Below are positions 53,583 through 63,817 of a stretch of 64,000 nucleotides of DNA, piece by piece. This DNA is from Histomonas meleagridis 2922-C6/04-290x. Lineage: Eukaryota > Protista > Parabasalia. The position numbers and the translations under genes are program-made. The notes under the pieces are model-generated. The model did no database searches and was not told where the DNA came from. It worked only from the letters and a program-made list of their open reading frames with translations. The first letter of the stretch is position 1; every line of letters starts with the position of its first letter. Location of the stretch: positions 1 to 64,000 of the forward strand of contig JAANOX010000121.1 of assembly GCA_020184695.1 (NCBI GenBank), in the 5' to 3' direction.

Positions 53583-55642
53583 TTATAATTTTTTGCGAAT
53601 TAAATTTACTATTTCTGTGTAACCTTTTTGTTGTGCAATTCGAATTGCAGCAAAATATTATTAAAATAAATCCAAAACTATTAAAACATATTCCAAGTTA
53701 TTCAAATTAATATATTTTGCATTAACATCAATTCCTTTATCTAAAAGTAATTTTACTATTTCGATATTATTATTTCTAACTGCTATATGAAGTGCTGTTT
53801 CAAATGATTAAAACATATTCCAAATTATTCAAATGAATAGTTTTTGTATTAGCGTCAATTACTTTATCTAAAATTAATTTTACTATTTCGATATTATTAT
53901 TTTCAACTGCTATATGAAGTGCTGTTTCAAATTATTAAAACATATATAAAATTATTAAAAAATATATCAAATTATTAAAACATATTATAAATTATTCAAA
54001 TGAATATTTTTTTCATTAACATCAATTTCTTCTTTATCTAAAAGTAATTTCACTATTTCTATATTATTTTTTCTAACTGCTTCATAAAGTGCTGTTTCAA
54101 ATTATTAAAACATATTCCAAATTATTAAAACATATTTCAAATTATTAAAACATATATAAAATTATTCAAATGAATGTTTTTTGCATTAACATCAATTCCT
54201 TTATCTAAAAGTAATTTTACTATTTCTATATTATTATTTCTAACTGCTATATGAAGTGCTGTTTCAAATTATTAAAACATATTCCAAATTATTAAAACAT
54301 ATTCCAAATTATTAAAACATATATAAAATTATTAAAACATATTCCAAATTATTAAAACATATTCCAAATTATTCAAATGAATATTTTTTGCATTAATATC
54401 AATTCCTTCTTTATCTAAAATATATTTCACAAGTTCAACATTTCCTGATTCTGAAGCAAATGGCAAAATATTTTTTGGAATTTGATTATTTTGAAGGAAA
54501 TATTTAACGAGATATAAATTTCCATTTATTGCTGATTCATTTATATTATCAGCATTAACATTAATTCCTTTTTCTTCCAAAAATGCTAAAATTTCATAAT
54601 TATCTTTTTTTATACAAAAACTTACAAAATAATTTGCTTTATCTTCTGACATTTTTGGCATTGATTGTATTTTCCCTAATTTGTTTTCATAAATATATTT
54701 AAAGATATCATTTTGATGGAATTCAATTGCTGTTTCATATGCACCTTTAAATGATGAATGATTTTGCTCACATAAATGAATTATCTCTAAATTTCCACCT
54801 GCAATTGCATATTTACTTTCCTTTACTTTAGCACCATTTATCAGTAAAAATTTAAAACATTTAACTGAAGAAAAAAAAGCTGCATAATCAATTAGTGTAA
54901 CATTTCTTTGATTAATAAATGAATACATTTCATAAAGTGCTGGTTCAATTGTTTGATTCTAATCAAAATTATTTTGCGATGATATTTCTTGAAGTTTTTC
55001 TATTTCATCATTTTGAATTATTTGCGCAATTTCATTTGGATTATGTCCTTCTTTAATATACTTCTTATGGAGCTCCCAATCATTCTTTGAAAGTTCTTCA
55101 TAATGATCTCTAAAGAATTTTTCTATTGGATCATTTCTATTAGACCCAAATGCCATGTTTTGGTTTTCTTCTTTTGCTTTATAATGAGCAAAATATTTTG
55201 AATTAATATTTTTAGTAATATTTTTAGTAATATTTTTATCAATTAAATTTTGTTCAATTAGTTTCTCTATTAAATAATATGATTCTTGTGTGTTCTTTGT
55301 AGATATACGTTTGATAAAAATTGAAATTAGTTTAAAGATATTTTGATTAATTTCTTCTTCTTTAGATTGAAGTTCTTTTAAAAAACTTATGTAAATATCA
55401 AATACTTGTTTTAGTGATGAAAATGCATTATAAACGATGTTACTTATAATGGTATTAAATGTGTAGGGAAAATATAGATCAAAAAATCCCAATAATTTTT
55501 TAACTGACGCCTGGAAGTTTTCTTCAGTTAAACTAAATATAGTTTTCTCAAGCTCAACTAGTAATTTAAAGCAGATCGATAAATTGTTCAAATTTTTACG
55601 TCGAGTGTTTGTGGTAGGAAACATGTGCTTTGGTAATATCAA
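53583..55642 (-). pseudogene. DUF3447/ankyrin-repeat gene, paralog of 12314-14270; premature TAG and spacer-separated ankyrin modules
   Basis: NPNEIAQIIQNDEIEKLQEISSQNNFD*NQTIEPALYE, with TAG at 54959-54961 where the paralog has TAT. Four TALHIAV...KLLLDKxIDVNAK-type modules follow, then terminal AAIRIAQQKGYTEIVNLIRKKL* ending at 53583. Confidence 0.8.
53652..54382 (-). repeat. 20-nt minisatellite spacers (ATATGTTTTAATAATTTGGA) between ankyrin modules
   Basis: Spacers at 54382-54263 (120), 54175-54096 (80), 54005-53926 (80), 53838-53799 (40) and 53711-53652 (60). Confidence 0.93.
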
Positions 55643-55934
55643 ATTCAGACTCTAACCGTAAAAAATATGAAACAAATATCTCATGTTTTGCGATTAAATA
55701 ACACAAATTACCAATATGTTCGTTATGGGAAATTAATTTTAATCTAATAATGAAGATATGATATTTATACATATGCATAATGTATAATTTAGAAAAATTT
55801 CACAAAATAATTGAGAAAAAAATATTTTATTAAAATTCCATTTTTCATTAGAGATAATTTTTCTAGACAGTATTTTGTTTTATTAACATAATACATTTAT
55901 TGTGTATATTTTATAAATTTGTTATAAATAGGAG

Positions 55935-55950
55935 AACGTTAAGTCACTTC
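55935..55950 (+). promoter_or_regulatory. ACGT + Inr core promoter block (AACGTTAAGTCACTTC)
   Basis: An identical 16-mer lies at 45757-45772 upstream of the TMEM19 gene; it contains Inr-like TCACT. Confidence 0.55.
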
Positions 55951-55997
55951 TTGAATGTGCCAAAAATTTTGACTTTTTGTTCTGGCAAATTTTACAG

Positions 55998-58097
55998 ATG
56001 GATTCATTGCTTCATCAGTTCCTATTTGCTGAAAAAAGTAAAGTTTTGGTTGAATCAAGTAATAATAAACTTTTTATGTGGTGGGGTAACAAATGTATTT
56101 GCAATATGTTTAATAAATTCAATTTTATTGAAGTCGATCCAACAACTGGTAATACAGCAAACCTTATAGACATTAATGATATAAATAATTTGCTACAAGC
56201 CAAATGTTTATCAAAAATAAAGACCATTGATACTTTTTCATTTCCATATACAGAATCTCAAGTACTAATTACATCTCAAACTCATATGACTCTAATTGAC
56301 TTTACCAAAAACGAAATTATTTGGAGTCAATCTATTCCAAGCGATGCAGAAAATGAAGATTGGTGTAAAGTAACTCGTAATTTAGCTTATACGAAAGACA
56401 ATAACTTATATGTTATAACATCAGATGGAGTCACGCATCAAGTAACCAATGAACCAGCAGGAATTGTATGTGGGAAATCTGTTCATCGAAATGAATTTGG
56501 TATTGAAAAAGGCACATTTTGGAGTCCTAAGGGAACGCTTTTAGCCTTTTATCGTATGGACGAGACCATGGTCACTGATTATCCACAAATAGATACGAAC
56601 CCTCGCGTATCTACAAATCATCCCTTTAAATATCCAATGGCCGGAATGACGAGCCACAAAGTCACCATTGGCATTTACGATCCGGCGACCGACAAAACCA
56701 TTTATTTAGATCTTGGTGATCCAACAGATCGATATTTCACCAATATTTCATGGAGTCCTAACGAAAAGCAAATTTATCTCATAGAATTAAATCGTGACCA
56801 AAACCATTCGAAGCTTATGCGTTTTAATGTTGAAGATGGGAAATTTGATGATATCCTTATTGAAGAAATTAATCCCAAATATGTCGAACCATTACATCCG
56901 ATTGTCTTCTTACCATGGGACGATGAAAAGTTTTTATATCAAAGTCGAATTGATGGGTTTAATCACATATATTTATGTGATACAAATATGAAGCCAAACG
57001 ATTTTTATAAAATGAAACAAATAACAAAAGGCGAATACGAAGTAACTGAATTCGTTGGCTTTATCGAGAGTACCAAAGAAATTATTATCATTAGTAATGA
57101 GATATCGCCAATTCAAGATGATATATTTGCGATTAGCTTAGAGAATTATACCAAAAGAAGAATCAACAAAAACAATGGAACACATAAAGTAAACTTATCA
57201 CAAAGCGGCGAATATTTAATTGATTTATTTTCATCATATGACTTTCCGTATGAAGTCCAATTAATATCGACATTAAATGACGACGTCAATCTTCACTTAA
57301 ATTCGAACATTTCTTTATATAAGTTAAAGTTTGATATCGAAATCGGCACAATTAAAGCAGCGGATGATAAAACAGATTTATATTATCGACTTATTAAACC
57401 ATTTCAATTTGATCCTACAAAGAAATATCCTGTGATAGTTTATGTATATGGAGGACCACATTCACAACTCGTTCGAAATCGACGAGATTATAATGCAACT
57501 GATATCCAATTATATTTATCATTACAAAACTATATCATATTCACGGTCGATAATCGCGGTACATCTAAAAGAGGATTCGAATTCGAAAGTGTTACATTTC
57601 ATCATTTAGGTGTCGAAGAAGTGAAAGATCAATATAAAGGAATCGAGTTCCTTAAGACATTAGATTTCATTGATGAAAATCGAATAGGTATTTATGGATG
57701 GAGTTACGGAGGATTTATGACAATTAATATGATGTTAAGTTATCCAAATGCATTTAAAGTTGGTGTAGCAGGAGGACCGGTGATAGATTGGAAGTATTAC
57801 GAAGTTATGTACGGAGAAAGATATATGGGAACACCGCAAAATAACGAAGAAGGTTACAATGAATCAAATTTATGTCGGAAAGTATCAAATTTGAATGGGA
57901 AACTACAAATAATTATCGGTGGTAAAGATGACATTTGCGTGCCTCAACATACAATGCAATTCATATCAAGTTGCATTAGTTGTGGAAAACAAATCGATCT
58001 CTTCATATACCCAAATGATAAACACGGAGTGGGGCTCGAGAATAATGAACATTTGTATCAAAGAATTGTAAATTATTTCAATCAATATTTGGGTTAA
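55998..58097 (+). CDS. Dipeptidyl peptidase IV (S9B), bacterial-type
   Basis: VHRNEFGIEKGTFWSP, KYPMAG, VYGGPH, GWSYGG (nucleophile), DDIC and HGV; no signal peptide. Confidence 0.93.
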   Translation: MDSLLHQFLFAEKSKVLVESSNNKLFMWWGNKCICNMFNKFNFIEVDPTTGNTANLIDINDINNLLQAKCLSKIKTIDTFSFPYTESQVLITSQTHMTLIDFTKNEIIWSQSIPSDAENEDWCKVTRNLAYTKDNNLYVITSDGVTHQVTNEPAGIVCGKSVHRNEFGIEKGTFWSPKGTLLAFYRMDETMVTDYPQIDTNPRVSTNHPFKYPMAGMTSHKVTIGIYDPATDKTIYLDLGDPTDRYFTNISWSPNEKQIYLIELNRDQNHSKLMRFNVEDGKFDDILIEEINPKYVEPLHPIVFLPWDDEKFLYQSRIDGFNHIYLCDTNMKPNDFYKMKQITKGEYEVTEFVGFIESTKEIIIISNEISPIQDDIFAISLENYTKRRINKNNGTHKVNLSQSGEYLIDLFSSYDFPYEVQLISTLNDDVNLHLNSNISLYKLKFDIEIGTIKAADDKTDLYYRLIKPFQFDPTKKYPVIVYVYGGPHSQLVRNRRDYNATDIQLYLSLQNYIIFTVDNRGTSKRGFEFESVTFHHLGVEEVKDQYKGIEFLKTLDFIDENRIGIYGWSYGGFMTINMMLSYPNAFKVGVAGGPVIDWKYYEVMYGERYMGTPQNNEEGYNESNLCRKVSNLNGKLQIIIGGKDDICVPQHTMQFISSCISCGKQIDLFIYPNDKHGVGLENNEHLYQRIVNYFNQYLG

Positions 58098-58440
58098 ATA
58101 AATAATTGATAATGAACACATTTTTTTGATTTAAAAAGTAAAACTTGTCGACGATTTGGAATTTCGAATGCTATTGTTTTATATACTGAGACAAATTTAT
58201 ATACCAAATTATATTATTATGTAGAAATATATATAAAAGATATAAAAATCATTGAAATTGCATTGTATTTGGGGTAATTTTCTATATACAATTTTAAGCC
58301 GGTTAAAGGCTGTGTATATATTTAAATATCTTCAATATATAGTCGTGAAAGATCAAAGAAGAAAATGAATGAGGCAAAGTACGTTTGTTATTTGCTTTTG
58401 AATACTTTACTCAAGTCCGTTAGTGGGAGTTACACTTCAG

Positions 58441-59172
58441 ATGCAAAACGACATAAAGATTGTTGTTGCAGGACCGCCAAAATCAGGCAAAACAGAAATT
58501 TCAGATATCCTTTCTGCAGCAAGCAAAGGTTTCCAAGGAAATTACAAACCAACTGTATGTGTTCGTATTTTGGAGTTTACAACAACAATTGAAGTTTCTG
58601 GACTTCAAACAAATATCTCTGTTCAGCTTTGGGATACAAGTGGAGATGACAAGTATAGTCCTGCTTGGCCAGCTATTGCAAAAGACTCAGATGGATGTAT
58701 ATTTGTTTACAATGCACATGATAAAGGACAATCTAGGGCAGTAGAAAATTACATAAAAGCATTTTCTAAAGATTTGGATCCATCTCTTTGTATGGTTGCT
58801 GCAAATAGAATTGGTCAAATTGAAGGAAAGCCACCACGTCCTAAACTTCCGAAAGGTTTCGAAGAAGCCACAATAACAATGCTCAATGCGCAAGAAGACA
58901 TGGATCCATTCGTTGAACAATTTTCAGTTTTCTTGGGAAAAGTATATCAAGCCAAGATGAAGGCAATTGAAGAAAGAGAAAGAAAACTTATTGGCGAGCC
59001 AGTCGTTCAGAAAAAGAAAGAGGTAAAGAGAAAGAAAACACCAAAGCCACAAGAAAGTGAAGATATCGAATTGGGAAATGAGCCATGGCCAGAAAAAGAT
59101 GACAGACGCCAAATGGAAGATGCAGAAATACATGTTGCAAATCCATCAGCAGATGAAAATAAAGAAAATTGA
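58441..59172 (+). CDS. IFT22: IFT22/RABL5 atypical small GTPase
   Basis: KIVVAGPPKSGKT...YKPTVCVRILEF...QLWDTSGDDKYSPAWPAIAKDSDG; NKxD is absent, as is typical of IFT22. Confidence 0.85.
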   Translation: MQNDIKIVVAGPPKSGKTEISDILSAASKGFQGNYKPTVCVRILEFTTTIEVSGLQTNISVQLWDTSGDDKYSPAWPAIAKDSDGCIFVYNAHDKGQSRAVENYIKAFSKDLDPSLCMVAANRIGQIEGKPPRPKLPKGFEEATITMLNAQEDMDPFVEQFSVFLGKVYQAKMKAIEERERKLIGEPVVQKKKEVKRKKTPKPQESEDIELGNEPWPEKDDRRQMEDAEIHVANPSADENKEN

Positions 59173-59233
59173 TTTTTTTAGTTTGACGATCAAAAGTTTC
59201 TGAATTTTCTCTTTTTTTAAATGTACGTTATTT

Positions 59234-61093
59234 ATGAGCGAAAGAAAAAAGGAAGCTAAATCACCAAGAAAATCAAGTCCAACAATTGAAACAAGATCAT
59301 CTGAAAACAAAGAAAATGAAGTTCCTAAAAAAACTTCTAATACAAAAAGAACTAAATCTCCAAATACAAAGAAACCCAGAAAGAAGCTTTCTAAAAAGGC
59401 ACTTGCTCGCTTAAAGAGAGAAAAAGCTGAACAAGCTCGACTAGAACAAGAAAGATTAGAAGCTGAATTAAGAGAACAAAAAGAACGTGAATTTGAACAA
59501 AAAAGACGTGAAGAACAACAACAAAGAATTCTTGAAGAAGAATCATCTATTCACTCACTTAGAGAAGCTAGATTTCAAAAAAGCAAAGAAATTCGAAATT
59601 CAATGTCACAAGAAGAAGATTGGAAAATTTTTTGTAATTGTGGACAATCTGTTGATGCACGTTCTCAATCTGATGTAAACACATTTATTTCAATGTGGGA
59701 AGATTATGAATCCCCTGATTTCTTTGATGATCATTTTCTTCAATCACACAAAATCATATCTGCTCTTACACGAATTATGCATGATTCTGAAACCACACAA
59801 AACACAGCTGAATATGAACGTTGTAAAAACCAAATCCAAAAGATTAAAGAATTAACAGAACGGAAGATTGAAATTGCAACTATTCATCATCTCACATTTA
59901 GTGATAAATATGCTGGCTCAAGGAATGAGGTTCATATCGTAGGTGAATCAGATGATATCTTCTTTGGTATCTGGGTAAACTTGTCGAAAAATCCGCGAAA
60001 CAGAGAAATTTCATTCAAATGGTTAACGGTCGAAATCCCAAAATCCGTTACAATGACGAGTTTAGCAATTCGTATTCTTATTTTTCCTGAGAAACCTTTT
60101 AATGAGCAATATTTGTTTCTTAATAAGATTGTACAATGTGATTTTTTTCAACTTCCAAATGCTCCAAAACATATTGGAAATATGACTTTAAGACAAATAT
60201 CACAATCTAATGCACTTGTAAACGTTGTGTACCCACTTCGTTCTATAAATGCACCACAACCTCCTCTTGTTTTTAAAGTTCATATTTCATCAAATTCAAT
60301 TAATGAATATACTAAAGATGCAACTGTTGTGATGTTAAATCATGATAATGTAAGTCAGCAACATATTTCTAAAGTTAACATTGACTTAGAACATAATGAA
60401 GTTAGTTTTTGTTCAATGTCAATCGGTACATTTGCATTAGCTGTTCCTCGGTATAAACATTTTCCATATCAATTCTGGGAAATCACAAGCCTTTCTGAGT
60501 CTTCTATTGAGATATATGTTAAAACTAAGCTTGATTTAGAACTTGCAATATGCATTGATGGAAATGGATTATGTTCTATGGACTCTCCATTTACATTTAC
60601 TAATTTAAAGCCTATGGAAGCTATTGATTTCTTATTGGAACGTGGGATAAATATTGTTTCGCCCAATAAAATCGATGATATTGTTCCTAAAACAAAAGAT
60701 TTGGAAAATATTTTACATCAAGGAATAGCGGATACAGTTACTGGATTCGATATTTCATCAAGTAAATGGAATGCACTACTTCCTTGTGATCGAGCAATGC
60801 TTCTTGTTAGTGAAAAGATAAAATTTGATAATGACCAACAAAATGATATTTCAAAAATGAGATGCATTTTGATTAGAGAAAGTATTGTAGTGGAGGTACA
60901 AAATACTGAGGAAGAAGAAGAAGCTATTACAAAGCCACTTGAAGATTCTCAAATGCATCAAAGTTTATTGCCAACTTTCTTCGAAAAGGCATCAGAAGAG
61001 GTGAAAACAAGAGTCAGAAATGCGCCAAGTTTGTTGGTAGATTCGACATTGATAATGATGAAAAAATTAAGATTGTTTTCAATTACAGAATAA
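59234..61093 (+). CDS. DNAI7: CASC1/DNAI7 (IC97-like) axonemal dynein-associated protein
   Basis: Charged N-terminal coil, WKIFCNCGQSVDARSQSDVNTFISMW and GIWVNLSKNPR. Confidence 0.7.
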   Translation: MSERKKEAKSPRKSSPTIETRSSENKENEVPKKTSNTKRTKSPNTKKPRKKLSKKALARLKREKAEQARLEQERLEAELREQKEREFEQKRREEQQQRILEEESSIHSLREARFQKSKEIRNSMSQEEDWKIFCNCGQSVDARSQSDVNTFISMWEDYESPDFFDDHFLQSHKIISALTRIMHDSETTQNTAEYERCKNQIQKIKELTERKIEIATIHHLTFSDKYAGSRNEVHIVGESDDIFFGIWVNLSKNPRNREISFKWLTVEIPKSVTMTSLAIRILIFPEKPFNEQYLFLNKIVQCDFFQLPNAPKHIGNMTLRQISQSNALVNVVYPLRSINAPQPPLVFKVHISSNSINEYTKDATVVMLNHDNVSQQHISKVNIDLEHNEVSFCSMSIGTFALAVPRYKHFPYQFWEITSLSESSIEIYVKTKLDLELAICIDGNGLCSMDSPFTFTNLKPMEAIDFLLERGINIVSPNKIDDIVPKTKDLENILHQGIADTVTGFDISSSKWNALLPCDRAMLLVSEKIKFDNDQQNDISKMRCILIRESIVVEVQNTEEEEEAITKPLEDSQMHQSLLPTFFEKASEEVKTRVRNAPSLLVDSTLIMMKKLRLFSITE

Positions 61094-61106
61094 AAAAATA
61101 ATATGT

Positions 61107-61325
61107 TTATTGACATTCATTTGGGTTATTACGCATAAGATATTGTGCAAGAAAAAGTAATGGTTTGATTTCAGGAAGATTTTCACCTTCATTAACTCTT
61201 ATTTGTCTATTTTCTATCTCTCTAAGAAGAGCTTCAAATGCATTTGATAGCGTAGGGAAAACTTTTTCTCGTAAATATGGTTTTAATTCTGGTTTTTCTC
61301 TACAAAGAGCTTGTAACTCTTCCAT
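61107..61325 (-). CDS. Small Dpy-30/RIIa-like dimerisation-motif protein
   Basis: YLREKVFPTLSNAFEALL...PLLFLAQYLMRNNP. Confidence 0.75.
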   Translation of the reverse strand: MEELQALCREKPELKPYLREKVFPTLSNAFEALLREIENRQIRVNEGENLPEIKPLLFLAQYLMRNNPNECQ

Positions 61326-61379
61326 TGTTTTGGACGTTATTCATTTGAACATATTTTGATCGTTAACTGTTTTGAAATA

Positions 61380-61387
61380 AACGGTTG
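61380..61387 (+). promoter_or_regulatory. M3-like core promoter motif
   Basis: AACGGTTG about 25 nt upstream of ATG 61413. Confidence 0.5.
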
Positions 61388-61412
61388 TTATGCTTGGTTG
61401 GGCGGCTTTTAA

Positions 61413-62024
61413 ATGTTTTCTTTCTTCTTATATATAGTTTTTCCATCTCTTCAAATCGCATCAAGTATTTCTACTCGTGAATATTTTTCTATCCCTGATG
61501 GGTTCGTTGAAGCAGATATCAAAGAGAAACTTATTGTAGAATCATTTGAATATGGGAAGACACAATTACAAAAGTTCCTTGATGACTTCAAAGGACCTCA
61601 TCCAATTGTGATGATACATGCATGGAAAAAGGTAGATAACAACAGTTCTTTTATTTCATGTGAAGTTCTAAGAATGAAACTTAGATATTTGATCACAGTT
61701 CATATTCCATCAAATAATAAACCAGAAGAGAAATACATTCATTCTGTTCAAATATTGAACAGCGAAACTGATGCTGGAGCTCGTTGGTCACATCCTGATG
61801 AATCTACAATCGAAATTGCTATGATTTCAGTCAGAGGAAAATACGGAAATAATGTCCGTCTTCGAAACGTAGCAGTATTCAAAACAGTTATGAGCAGAGA
61901 TACACATGCACAAATGGTCATTGATGCTGAAACTGATACCGAACGAATGCTTTTAGACATTCAACTATACAAGAAATTCGGAACCAACAATTTCATAGTT
62001 AGCTCTGTTGATCGTGTCTATTAA
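61413..62024 (+). CDS. Hypothetical secreted protein (203 aa)
   Basis: Signal-peptide-like N-terminus; ATG-started ORF with an M3-like motif upstream. Confidence 0.7.
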   Translation: MFSFFLYIVFPSLQIASSISTREYFSIPDGFVEADIKEKLIVESFEYGKTQLQKFLDDFKGPHPIVMIHAWKKVDNNSSFISCEVLRMKLRYLITVHIPSNNKPEEKYIHSVQILNSETDAGARWSHPDESTIEIAMISVRGKYGNNVRLRNVAVFKTVMSRDTHAQMVIDAETDTERMLLDIQLYKKFGTNNFIVSSVDRVY

Positions 62025-62107
62025 GCTCAATTTTGTTACTGTAAATTAAACCGTTATCTCTCATTTTTGAGGCACCCCATACGATAGAGTTATTCAATGA
62101 ACGATAG

Positions 62108-63817
62108 CTATTCCTTTTGTTCCAAATTTTTTATACCAACTGTAAATAATTCCATGAAATTTATTGCGTTTTTCTCAGGTTCAGTCATATCACACACCTT
62201 CATATTAAGTATTTTGCTTAATTTTCCTGTTAAGTTTTCAGCGCAAGCTTTTAGTAGTAATAACTTATTAAAAGCGCTCATTTCGCATTTCTCATTTAAA
62301 GACGAAACTATTAATTGAAGTAATTCACTATTACCACATTGTAAAGCGCATAAAAGTATTTTTGTAAGAGCTTGTAAAGGTATCTTCCGATTTTCTAATA
62401 ATTTGCTATCTTCAAAATTAGTTTTTGTCATTTCGATCATATCAGAGAACTCGTCTGATATTGGAAGACACTTTAATTCAGTTGGAAATGAGCATTGCAT
62501 TTCTAAACCAGGATCATATAAACCTTTAAATTGTTCATTGTTTAAATCTTCAGGTTCAAAGAATAATTGACTTTTTAAGTTTATTTCACCAGTATACTTT
62601 ATTGCACGTCTTTGTTTAACAAATGGTTGAGTTAATGTTACATATGCAGTAGTTCCAATTGTTTTAATTATATGAAAAAGAAATTTCGCTTGCATATATT
62701 TAATTCCTGAAATTGGATTCATTATAATATGATGTTCATAATGTGAAAGATTTTGTGAAAGTGCATTATTTGGTGTTGTACATTGTAATAAATAATCAGA
62801 TTCTTCAAGTAATTTGGGTGAATTAGAAATTAGATACGAAAGATTTAGAAATGATATACAATCTTGATAATTACCAATAGCAAAACAATACATAGAACAT
62901 ACAAGTGATGAAAGTGGTGTTGACCAAAGTGAATTCATAATTAATGGAAATACTTTCTTACATTGTTCATGTTTGTCATTCGCAATAAGTGTAAATGCAT
63001 AAAAACATGAAACCTCTAAATCATCGGGAAAAATTTGAAGATGATTTTCAATGGATGGAATTAAACTTTCGGCAAAATTAGAGTTAAATGATATATTACG
63101 AATAATAAAAAGAAGAATTTTAGGTAGTTTAGAATCATATTTCGCTAAGAAATTAATAATATAATCTTTATCGGTATTGATGATTAATGCAAATGTAATC
63201 GCAAGTTGTAAATCATCAGTAGAAACATGATTATTTACACAATATTCAATCTCAGAACGTGTAAGTTTAGGAGGATACCAAACGTAATAAAAGGGTGTAT
63301 TAATATAATTTGTTGATAAGAGTCCAAATAATAATGGTTGACCTGCTCTGTAATATCTTAGCTTAGAAGACAGCATAATTTGTTTCCAATCTTCTTCACT
63401 AATATTATCTTTTGTTAAAGAATCATCTTTAAATGATTTTTGGGTACATGTACAATTACCAGAAGTTGTAACAGTTATAATAACTTCTTTATTAGAAAAT
63501 GAATTCCATGAATAAATTGATCCTTTAACAATTTTAAAAGTTGAAGAACCTGGAAACCATCTTGCAGATTCTTGACGACCAAGTAAACTATAAAAATAAG
63601 CTGAAAACTGTGCTTGCGAATCAAGTGGAAGTCCACAAAGAGAATGAGTATATGCATTTGGCGTGTTTGAATAATGAAATAAAGAAGATTGGACTTTTCC
63701 AATACTTATGAGATCATCGGGCCCAAGCCCAAAATTATTGTTTTCGAGTTTCTTGTGACGTTCCTCAATGAGTTTTGACCCTTCTGATTCGTAAAGGCCC
63801 GAAATCGCTTTCGACAT
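62108..63817 (-). CDS. ChAPs (Chs5p-Arf1p-binding; Bch1/Bud7-like) exomer cargo adaptor
   Basis: GLGPDDLISIGK...THSLCGL...SAYFYSL...WF...KIVKGSIYSWNSFSNKEV matches the ChAPs N-terminal pattern. Confidence 0.7.
   Translation of the reverse strand: MSKAISGLYESEGSKLIEERHKKLENNNFGLGPDDLISIGKVQSSLFHYSNTPNAYTHSLCGLPLDSQAQFSAYFYSLLGRQESARWFPGSSTFKIVKGSIYSWNSFSNKEVIITVTTSGNCTCTQKSFKDDSLTKDNISEEDWKQIMLSSKLRYYRAGQPLLFGLLSTNYINTPFYYVWYPPKLTRSEIEYCVNNHVSTDDLQLAITFALIINTDKDYIINFLAKYDSKLPKILLFIIRNISFNSNFAESLIPSIENHLQIFPDDLEVSCFYAFTLIANDKHEQCKKVFPLIMNSLWSTPLSSLVCSMYCFAIGNYQDCISFLNLSYLISNSPKLLEESDYLLQCTTPNNALSQNLSHYEHHIIMNPISGIKYMQAKFLFHIIKTIGTTAYVTLTQPFVKQRRAIKYTGEINLKSQLFFEPEDLNNEQFKGLYDPGLEMQCSFPTELKCLPISDEFSDMIEMTKTNFEDSKLLENRKIPLQALTKILLCALQCGNSELLQLIVSSLNEKCEMSAFNKLLLLKACAENLTGKLSKILNMKVCDMTEPEKNAINFMELFTVGIKNLEQKE

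Noticed and set aside
53652-54382. CRISPR-like repeat-spacer array
   Set aside because: The constant units are protein-coding ankyrin modules and the spacers are themselves tandem 20-mers. There are no cas genes and the context is eukaryotic.
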